From: Hyphomicrobiaceae bacterium
Lineage (GTDB): Bacteria; Pseudomonadota; Alphaproteobacteria; Rhizobiales; Hyphomicrobiaceae
NCBI GenBank assembly: GCA_031367505.1
Contig: JANLPY010000421.1
Coordinates: forward strand, 36,065 to 100,064
Direction of reading: 5' to 3'
DNA: 64,000 nt
Part shown: positions 10,432 through 18,200 of the stretch, one piece after another
How positions within the stretch are numbered: the stretch's first letter is position 1
How the letters are laid out: every line of letters begins with the position of its first letter
Made by a program: the position numbers and the translations under genes
The notes under the pieces: model-generated
Databases searched by the model: none
Seen by the model: the letters and a program-made list of their open reading frames with translations, nothing else
What the model was told of the DNA's origin: nothing

Positions 10432-10447
10432 TGGCACGGCTCTTGTG
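10432..10447 (+). promoter_or_regulatory. candidate sigma-54 (-24/-12) promoter of glnK-amtB
   Basis: TGGCACGGCTCTTGTG has correct GG-N10 spacing, but the -12 element reads GT instead of GC. An IHF-like site (GATTCAATAAATTA, 10401-10414) lies in an AT-rich tract just upstream. Confidence 0.45.
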
Positions 10448-10490
10448 TAGCAAGTCCTCAGCTGAAGATTTTTGTGGTTCGCACAACTAG

Positions 10491-10844
<354 letters not shown>

Positions 10845-10906
10845 ACGGCGTCACTTCGTAACATCACGCAATCCAAACTTTAGAGACAAGACGAGGGAGT
10901 ACTTTC

Positions 10907-12412
10907 ATGACGCTCGACGTGACGAAGCAAGGTGCGATGGTTCGAGAGGTGGGCATTGGGCTTGCAGCCTTTATGGCAACCATCGTCGCCACGGTGATGC
11001 CGGTGTTGGCTGCCGATCCCGTACCAAATAAGGGCGACACAGCCTGGATGTTGATTGCATCAGCGCTGGTACTTCTCATGACAGTGCCGGGGCTTGCGCT
11101 GTTTTATGGCGGCTTAGTGCGTACCAAGAATATGCTTTCTATGTTGATGCAGGTATTTGCCATTGTCTGTGTGGTGACGCTCATCTGGGTGATCTACGGA
11201 TATAGTTTGGCTTTCAGCAGCGGCACATCGTTCAACGCATTCGTCGGAGGGTTTTCGAAGGCGTTCCTCACGATCGCGCCTGAGAAAAAGACCATTCTGG
11301 ATGCGACCGCGGCGACGTTTTCGAACGGTGTCGTTATTCCCGAACTCGTCTATGTTGCATTTCAGTTGACCTTCGCGTGCATCACGCCGGCTTTGATTGT
11401 CGGCGCGTTCGCCGAGCGCATGAAATTCTCAGCGCTGCTGTTGTTCACCGTTCTGTGGGTCACCCTGATCTACTGCCCGATGGCGCACATGGTCTGGTAT
11501 TGGGCCGGTCCCGATGCTTTGGGTGATGCAGCGAAGGCAGCAGCCGCTGCAACCGGCGATGCGAAGAAGGTTGCCGACGCAGCACTTGCCGCAGTCGTAT
11601 CCGATGCTGGATATATCTTCCAACTCGGTGCGATCGACTTCGCCGGTGGTACGGTGGTGCACATCAACGCTGGTATTGCCGGCTTCGTTGGCGCTCTGAT
11701 GATCGGTAAGCGCGTCGGTTACGGCCGCGAAGCTATGCCGCCACATTCGCTGACATTCACGATGGTCGGCGCTGCCCTGCTTTGGGTCGGCTGGTTTGGC
11801 TTCAACGCTGGGTCCGCACTGGAGGCCAATTCGACGGCCGCCTTGGCGATGATCAACACGTTCGTTGCGACCGCAGCGGCTGGATTGGCGTGGATGTTCG
11901 CCGAATGGGCGATCAAGGGTAAGCCGTCGTTGCTCGGCCTCGTGTCGGGTGCAGTGGCCGGATTGGTTGCGATAACCCCGGCATCGGGTTACGCCGGGCC
12001 AATGGGTGCAATCGTGCTCGGTCTGATCGTCGGTGTCGCCTGCTTCGTGTTTTGCACCAGCATCAAGAACGCATTTGGCTATGACGACAGCCTCGACGTG
12101 TTTGGCGTCCATTGCATTGGTGGCATCATCGGTGCGATTGGGACCGGCGTGCTGGTCAGCCCGCTGCTCGGCGGTACCGGCATTACCGATTACGTGGTGA
12201 AGCCTGGTGAGGGCGTCATCGCCGACTTTGTAATGGCAACGCAGGTCTGGGCGCAGATCAAGGCTGTCGCGATTACGATTCTATGGTCAGGCATCGGCTC
12301 GGCCATCATCTATAAGCTCGTCGATGTCGTCATCGGCTTGCGGCCAACCACCGACCAGGAACGCGAAGGGCTCGATGTCACGGCCCACGGCGAGCGCGCC
12401 TACAATTATTGA
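10907..12412 (+). CDS. amtB: ammonium transporter
   Basis: Amt/MEP family signatures (AIDFAGGTVVHINAG, FGVHCIGGIIG), a signal-like N-terminus, and the glnK-amtB pairing. Confidence 0.9.
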   Translation: MTLDVTKQGAMVREVGIGLAAFMATIVATVMPVLAADPVPNKGDTAWMLIASALVLLMTVPGLALFYGGLVRTKNMLSMLMQVFAIVCVVTLIWVIYGYSLAFSSGTSFNAFVGGFSKAFLTIAPEKKTILDATAATFSNGVVIPELVYVAFQLTFACITPALIVGAFAERMKFSALLLFTVLWVTLIYCPMAHMVWYWAGPDALGDAAKAAAAATGDAKKVADAALAAVVSDAGYIFQLGAIDFAGGTVVHINAGIAGFVGALMIGKRVGYGREAMPPHSLTFTMVGAALLWVGWFGFNAGSALEANSTAALAMINTFVATAAAGLAWMFAEWAIKGKPSLLGLVSGAVAGLVAITPASGYAGPMGAIVLGLIVGVACFVFCTSIKNAFGYDDSLDVFGVHCIGGIIGAIGTGVLVSPLLGGTGITDYVVKPGEGVIADFVMATQVWAQIKAVAITILWSGIGSAIIYKLVDVVIGLRPTTDQEREGLDVTAHGERAYNY

Positions 12413-12444
12413 AATGTAGACCGTTGGTTTTCGACATGTATGCA

Positions 12445-12477
12445 GGCCCGGACGATCGTATCGTCCGGGCCTTTTTT
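12445..12477 (+). terminator. intrinsic terminator after amtB
   Basis: GGCCCGGACGA-tcgta-TCGTCCGGGCC is an 11-bp perfect stem followed by TTTTTT. Confidence 0.75.
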
Positions 12478-12485
12478 ACGTTACA

Positions 12486-13013
12486 TCACGGTAGAATGCG
12501 TAGTCGAGTGTGCCTCGTCGCGAGCGCGAGGACGCGGCGAAGATCGTGCTCGCTTAGGGCGACGCAGCCTTCCGTCGCGGTATATCCGGGGCGGGCGAGA
12601 TGCATGAAGATTGCGCTGCCTGCCCCTTGCACGCGCGGTATGCGATTGTGCGCAATCACCACCACCAGATCGTAGAGCTGATCATCGCGCCACATCTTTT
12701 CGGCACTGCCGGCATACGCGTGGCAAACCTCACGATTATAGTTTCTGTCGCCAACTGAACCGCACCAGCCGCTGTCGGGCCAGAGACGTCGAACCGGGAG
12801 ACGAGTACGGGGTCGTAATACGTGGTCGGCTCGATACAAGACCTCGACTAAGCGCCATTCGCCGATCGGGCTTGCACCATCGCCCTCACGCTTAATGACC
12901 CGGCGTCCCGAACGGCCGAGGGCGCATTTTAGTCTGAAGGAGCCAAGCTTAAGGGTACCTTGAGTGTCTGCAGCCGAGTGTCCACGGACTGCAATAATTC
13001 GAGCAACGCTCAT
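12486..13013 (-). CDS. L,D-transpeptidase (YkuD) family protein
   Basis: Catalytic-site pattern GSAIFMHLARPGYTATEGCVAL (His ... Gly-Cys). The start MSVARIIAV is at 13013. Confidence 0.75.
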   Translation of the reverse strand: MSVARIIAVRGHSAADTQGTLKLGSFRLKCALGRSGRRVIKREGDGASPIGEWRLVEVLYRADHVLRPRTRLPVRRLWPDSGWCGSVGDRNYNREVCHAYAGSAEKMWRDDQLYDLVVVIAHNRIPRVQGAGSAIFMHLARPGYTATEGCVALSEHDLRRVLALATRHTRLRILP

Positions 13014-13133
13014 CACTTGGCCTCTAACCGATGATCTCAACACGCCTTGGATATATCAACTGGGCTTCCAGCAGGCCGGACTATGATGCTACAAACCGAG
13101 TATTAAACCGATTGTGACCCTGGAGATTGCCGT

Positions 13134-13820
13134 ATGAGCAATGCACGGCAGATTCTCATTGTCGACGACGACGAGGATCTTCGCGATTCACTGCGCGATC
13201 AATTGGCGCTGTACGATGAATTTCAGGTGGCGACCGCCGCGACTGCCGCTGCTGGATTGGAGGCCGCACGCGCGGGCCATCTCGATCTCGTATTGTTCGA
13301 CGTAGGCCTGCCGGATATGGATGGCCGCGAAGCGGTAAAACAGTTGCGCCGAAATGGTTTCAAAGCGCCGATCGTCATGTTGACTGGCAACACGACCGAT
13401 GCCGATCAGATCCTCGGTCTGGACGCTGGCGCCAACGATTACATTTCGAAGCCTTTCAAGTTTGCAGTACTACTCGCCCGAATTCGCGCGCAGTTGCGTC
13501 AACATGAGCAGAGCGAAGATGCCGTTTTTACCATCGGCCATTACACATTCAAACCAGCCGCCAAACTTCTGTTGGACGAGAAGGGCGCCAAGGTTCGACT
13601 GACCGAAAAGGAAACGTCGATCCTCAAGTATCTGTATCGCGCCGGTGAGAAAGTCGTCTCACGAGAGGTGTTGTTGCACGAGGTGTGGGGCTACAACGCT
13701 GGCGTCACGACACATACGCTCGAGACCCACATCTACCGCTTGCGCCAGAAGATCGAGAAAGATCCCTCGAGCGCTGAACTGCTGGTGACGGAAACGGGCG
13801 GGTACAAGTTGGTGCCTTGA
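13134..13820 (+). CDS. OmpR/winged-helix family two-component response regulator
   Basis: Receiver domain (ILIVDDDEDLRD, LVLFDVGLPDMDG, KPF) plus a C-terminal trans_reg_C-like domain (LTEKETSILKYL...THIYRLRQKIE). Confidence 0.9.
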   Translation: MSNARQILIVDDDEDLRDSLRDQLALYDEFQVATAATAAAGLEAARAGHLDLVLFDVGLPDMDGREAVKQLRRNGFKAPIVMLTGNTTDADQILGLDAGANDYISKPFKFAVLLARIRAQLRQHEQSEDAVFTIGHYTFKPAAKLLLDEKGAKVRLTEKETSILKYLYRAGEKVVSREVLLHEVWGYNAGVTTHTLETHIYRLRQKIEKDPSSAELLVTETGGYKLVP

Positions 13821-13883
13821 GGTCAAGCGTCCATCGCTAGCTATTTGGGTGCGCAGCGTGCCCGGCACAAATGGAGATCCAGA

Positions 13884-16319
13884 GTGAAGTCCAACTATCG
13901 TGTCGTGGTTATCGGTGGTGGTGTCGTCGGCGCGTCGGTGCTCTATCACCTGACCAAAAAGGGCTGGCGCGATGTCGCTCTCCTCGAACGCCTGGAGCTG
14001 ACATCGGGTTCGACCTGGCATGCGGCCGGCGGGATGCACACTATCAATGGCGATCCCAACGTCGCCAAGCTCCAGCAATATACGATCAATCTATACAAGG
14101 ATATCGAGGAGATCTCCGGTCAGTCTGTCGGTCTGCATATTTCCGCCGGATTGATGCTAGCTGCCACTCGCGAGCGATACGAATGGCTTAAGAGCATCAA
14201 ATCCAAGGGCCGCTACATGGGCATGGACCTTGAGCTCGTCTCCATGGACGAAGCCGCAAAGCTGCTCCCGCTGATCGACAAGACGCAGTTCGTCGGCGCG
14301 ATGTATGACCCGATCCAAGGTCACCTCGATCCCTATGGCACCACGCACGCTTACGCCGGTGCTGCCAAGAAGGGAGGCGCCGAGGTCTACACGCACACGC
14401 GCGTTATGGAGACGATACCGCGTGCCGACGGCAGCTGGGATGTCGTGACCGATAAAGGCACCATCCACGCCGAACATGTTGTCAACGCTGGTGGACTGTG
14501 GGCGCGCGAGGTCGGCCGGATGGTGGGCATCGAGTTGCCGATCCTCGCGATGGAGCATCAATATCTGATCACCGAGGACATGCCCGAAGTCGAAGCGATC
14601 AATAAATCGACCGGCAAGGAAGTATTACACGTCGTCGATTTCGACGGTGAAATCTACATGCGCCAAGAGCGCAAGGGCATGTTGCTTGGCACCTATGAAA
14701 AGCATGGCGTGCCGTGGAGCCCAAAGGAAACGCCTTGGGATTTCGGACCGACGTTGCTGCCTGATGATATGGAACGGATGGCGGAAAATCTGGAAGTCGG
14801 CTTCCGGCATTTCCCGGCACTCCAGAAGGCCGGGATCAAAAAGATCATCAACGGACCATTCACGTTCGCACCAGATGGCAATCCGCTGGTTGGACCCATT
14901 CGCGGCTTGAAGAATTATTGGGTCGCGTGCGGCGTAATGGCTGGGTTCTCACAGGGCGGCGGCGTCGGTCTGGCATTGTCGAATTGGATGGCCGATGGCG
15001 ATCCAGGCATGGATGTCTGGGCGATGGACGTGGCGCGCTACGGCGATTGGGCGACGCGAGCCTATACCAACGTCAAGGTGCGCGAGAATTATGGCCGGCG
15101 GTTCCGCGTGCGGTTCCCGAATGAAGAGTTACCCGCGGCACGGCCGCTGCGCGTAACGCCGATGTACGCCAAGTGGCTCGAACTCGGCGCCATCATGGGC
15201 GACAATTGGAGCGTGGAAGCGCCACTTTGGTTTGCTCCACCTGGGGTGAAGGATGAATTCTCGTTTCATCGTTCGACTGATTTCACGCACGTACAAATCG
15301 AGTGTGACACAGTTCGCAGTAGCGTCGGCATCACTGAAACTTCGACGTTCGCCAAGTACGTCGTCACCGGAACAAATGCGGAAGGTTGGCTGTCGCACAT
15401 GCTGGCCAACAAGATGCCGAAGATCGGGCGTCTCACGCTTTCGCCGATGCTCAACGAGGCCGGTAAACTGATCGGCGATTTCACCGTGGCCAAGGCCGGT
15501 TCGGAACAATTCTATGTGTTCGGGTCGGGCTCGGCCGAGAAATATCACATGCGTTGGTTTGAAAAGCACTTGCCTCTCGACGGCTCGGTAAGGGTCGAGG
15601 CGCTGGGTGCAGCGTTGGCCGGATTGTCGATCGCCGGTCCTAGGGCGCGCGACGTTCTAGCCAAACTTACTGATGATGACGTTTCGGGCTCGGCGTTCCG
15701 TTTCATGGATTTCCGTCACGACATGACGATCGGTATGGTCCCGGCAAAGGTGGGGAGGATTTCATTCACCGGAGATCTCGGCTTCGAGATGTGGGTGAAG
15801 CCGGAATTCCAGGTCGCGCTATTCGAAGCGCTGTGGGCCGCGGGCCAGGAGTTCGGCATCAAACCGTTCGGGTCGCGCGCGTTGCTGTCACTGGCGCGGG
15901 AAAAGAATTTTGGCACCTGGGCACGCGAGTTCAGGCCGATATACGGACCATTCGAGGCTGATCTCGGTCGCTTTGTCGATCTCACGAAGAATGATTTTAT
16001 TGGCCGCGCGGGCGCCGCTGCGGAAAAAGCCAAGGGGCCCGAACGCCAGCGCGTTGCCTTCGTGGTTGATGCCAGCGATGCCGATGCGATCGGTGACGAA
16101 GCGGTTTGGAAGGACGGCAAGGTCGTCGGCTGGATCACATCGGGCGGCTTTTGCCATCACGCCGGCCGTTCGTTTGCTATGGGTTATGTGCCAAGCGAAG
16201 TGCTTAGCGATGGGGCGGCAAGTGCGAAATGGGAGATAGAAATCCTTGGCGAACTTCTGCCGGCCAAGCTGCAGAGAGAACCGTTGTTCGATCCCAAGGC
16301 TGAACGCATGCGAGGTTAA
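13884..16319 (+). CDS. FAD-dependent oxidoreductase fused to a GcvT-like folate-binding domain (dimethylglycine/sarcosine dehydrogenase family)
   Basis: N-terminal VVVIGGGVVGAS DAO fold and a ~400-aa C-terminal aminomethyltransferase-like region. GTG 13884 with an upstream GGAG is the likely start (the ORF track gives 13845). Confidence 0.85.
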   Translation: MKSNYRVVVIGGGVVGASVLYHLTKKGWRDVALLERLELTSGSTWHAAGGMHTINGDPNVAKLQQYTINLYKDIEEISGQSVGLHISAGLMLAATRERYEWLKSIKSKGRYMGMDLELVSMDEAAKLLPLIDKTQFVGAMYDPIQGHLDPYGTTHAYAGAAKKGGAEVYTHTRVMETIPRADGSWDVVTDKGTIHAEHVVNAGGLWAREVGRMVGIELPILAMEHQYLITEDMPEVEAINKSTGKEVLHVVDFDGEIYMRQERKGMLLGTYEKHGVPWSPKETPWDFGPTLLPDDMERMAENLEVGFRHFPALQKAGIKKIINGPFTFAPDGNPLVGPIRGLKNYWVACGVMAGFSQGGGVGLALSNWMADGDPGMDVWAMDVARYGDWATRAYTNVKVRENYGRRFRVRFPNEELPAARPLRVTPMYAKWLELGAIMGDNWSVEAPLWFAPPGVKDEFSFHRSTDFTHVQIECDTVRSSVGITETSTFAKYVVTGTNAEGWLSHMLANKMPKIGRLTLSPMLNEAGKLIGDFTVAKAGSEQFYVFGSGSAEKYHMRWFEKHLPLDGSVRVEALGAALAGLSIAGPRARDVLAKLTDDDVSGSAFRFMDFRHDMTIGMVPAKVGRISFTGDLGFEMWVKPEFQVALFEALWAAGQEFGIKPFGSRALLSLAREKNFGTWAREFRPIYGPFEADLGRFVDLTKNDFIGRAGAAAEKAKGPERQRVAFVVDASDADAIGDEAVWKDGKVVGWITSGGFCHHAGRSFAMGYVPSEVLSDGAASAKWEIEILGELLPAKLQREPLFDPKAERMRG

Positions 16320-16370
16320 TTCGCTGCTATTTCGGTAAAGTTTTCAACACGATGTTCCGCGTGGAAATGT

Positions 16371-16386
16371 CGGCACTGGCATTGCT
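16371..16386 (+). promoter_or_regulatory. candidate sigma-54 (-24/-12) promoter
   Basis: CGGCACTGGCATTGCT has GG and GC at canonical spacing. It lies ~100 nt upstream of the cNMP-binding protein ATG. Confidence 0.35.
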
Positions 16387-16485
16387 GCCCCGAATCGGTG
16401 GAATTTACATACCAGAACTGTGCTGCGTCGTTTTCTGTCCCAGCGTGGCCGTGCCGCGTGCGTGACAATACGGAGATCCGACGCC

Positions 16486-17028
16486 ATGGTCATCGACGCG
16501 CTTGTTGCGCCACTATTGAAAATTGCCCTGTTCCAGGGGCTTAGGCCCTTGCAGATCACGGAGATCGCACGCCGCGCGGAGCGCATTGTATTTCGCCCTG
16601 GTCAGACCATTGTCGAAGCCAATGCCGAGGGCGACGCTGCTTTCGTGCTGGTATCTGGTGAAGCCGTCCGAACCAAGGGCCCGGACGTTGGCCGCGAGCC
16701 TGAAGCGGTTCCTGTCGGTTCGTTGATCGGCGAGATGGCGATGCTGGTCGATACAGAATACAGCTCGACCATTGTTGCGCGAACCGCTGTTCGTGCCCTC
16801 AAGATTACGCGCACAGGCATGTACGAGCAGATGGGCGAAGATGCTGGGCTTGCCGAGCACTTGGTTGCAAAAATTTCAGCCCGCCTCAAAGGTTTGGCGG
16901 TCGAGCTTCGCGCGATCGATCGGTGTTTGGCTGGTGAAGATGACGAGGCGTATGCGGCATTGGCGGCGAGCGCGTCACGCGGACTGGCACGCGAAAATAA
17001 TCGACCAGCAATCGAGACACGACACTAG
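16486..17028 (+). CDS. stand-alone cyclic-nucleotide-binding domain protein
   Basis: cNMP-binding fold pattern (LFQGL...FRPGQTIVEANAEGDAAFVLVSGEA...GSLIGEMAML...ARTAVRALKI). I see no HTH or enzymatic domain. Confidence 0.75.
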   Translation: MVIDALVAPLLKIALFQGLRPLQITEIARRAERIVFRPGQTIVEANAEGDAAFVLVSGEAVRTKGPDVGREPEAVPVGSLIGEMAMLVDTEYSSTIVARTAVRALKITRTGMYEQMGEDAGLAEHLVAKISARLKGLAVELRAIDRCLAGEDDEAYAALAASASRGLARENNRPAIETRH

Positions 17029-17074
17029 TCGAACTTTTGTTCGATTGTCTTGGGCTTGTGTCACGTTGGAGGCT

Positions 17075-17215
17075 AAATAAAATCGCGCCCAACTCCGGGG
17101 GGAGGAGTTGGGCGCTTAGGCGCTGTGAAGCGCTGGAAGCACTGGGAGGGAATCCAGTGCTACAGGTGCGTCATCGGCGAGACGGGGGGCACTGCCGATA
17201 CAGGCGACGCTACCT
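17075..17215 (-). ncRNA. candidate sRNA or structured lolA 3'UTR
   Basis: On the minus strand there are three hairpins with C-rich loops: AGUGCCCCCCGUCUC, AUUCCCUC and UCCCCCC. They end in the U-rich terminator. No promoter was established. Confidence 0.25.
17085..17115. terminator. strong hairpin between convergent genes (lolA terminator, possibly bidirectional)
   Basis: GCGCCCAACTCC-gggggga-GGAGTTGGGCGC is a 12-bp perfect stem. On the minus strand it is followed by GAUUUUAUUU. Confidence 0.6.
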
Positions 17216-17365
17216 GCATAACCCCATCTAAGCGCAAACTTTCGAATTACAATAGTGGGTCCGCGCGCAGTTCACGAAAAGTTTACAATTGTTACAGGAC
17301 TTATCCACAGGTTAGGCTTGCGTGGGGCTGGTATACCACAGCCAGTTTGGTTAACGGTCGACGAA

Positions 17366-18088
17366 TCAGCGCTGCTGCAGCTTGCCAATGGCCACGCTCT
17401 TGATGTCGAACAATGCAGCATCCACCTCGTCCGTCCGGTTAACGGTGGATAGCTCGACCTTGGTATCCAGGTTTTGAGCATCGGTCGTCACCCACTCTTT
17501 GAGTTCGACAACCGGTTTCACAGCGAAGAAAAGTTTGATCTTGCCGGGAGCGTCCGGGCTCTTGTCCATCACGGAAATGATGACCAGATCCTCGCTCTCC
17601 TGCAGGTCGAGGATCCGAGCGTCGCGCATCAGATCCACGTCTTTGCGCAGCAACATACGGAACGGCGTATTGTCGAGCTCATAGCGGTCGTCGCCGCCAC
17701 CGTCATTGTCCTGGATGGCGAGCTGCTTGCCGTCTGAAATAACCAGCTGCTTGCTCGGTAGGTTGTAGTCGAACCTAAAGCGGCCGGGCCGCTTTACCGC
17801 AAGCTTACCGCGCAGCTTCTTCCCATCCGGATTGGTCTGTTGGAATACGGCCTTTAGATTGGCTAGATTATTGAAATAGTCGGTGACTTTCTTGATGGTC
17901 GCGATCTGCGCTGCGTCAAACACTTTGGCCTCAGTACCGCTACCTGGCTGCACTTGCCCGGTCCAGGGCTGCGCTGGTGCCGTTGGAGGTGTCGCTGGTT
18001 TTTTCGCTTCTTGCGCCATGGCGGGAAGTGCAATGCCCACGGCCGTTACAGCAGCCATGACCCCAGATAACGTCGACCGAATGCGCAT
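17366..18088 (-). CDS. lolA: outer-membrane lipoprotein carrier protein
   Basis: A signal peptide, a LolA-like pattern (FQQTNPDGKKLRGKLAVKRPGRFRFDY), and the conserved ftsK-lolA order. Confidence 0.85.
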   Translation of the reverse strand: MRIRSTLSGVMAAVTAVGIALPAMAQEAKKPATPPTAPAQPWTGQVQPGSGTEAKVFDAAQIATIKKVTDYFNNLANLKAVFQQTNPDGKKLRGKLAVKRPGRFRFDYNLPSKQLVISDGKQLAIQDNDGGGDDRYELDNTPFRMLLRKDVDLMRDARILDLQESEDLVIISVMDKSPDAPGKIKLFFAVKPVVELKEWVTTDAQNLDTKVELSTVNRTDEVDAALFDIKSVAIGKLQQR

Positions 18089-18200
18089 TTTGCCCCCGAA
18101 GCATGACTAATGGAGCCAGCGAATCATCGCAGCTCAGTGCATGCAATCCCCCATTAATCAGGCAAGATGTGGGCAGCAAGGGGCATCTTGCAGTGATTTA

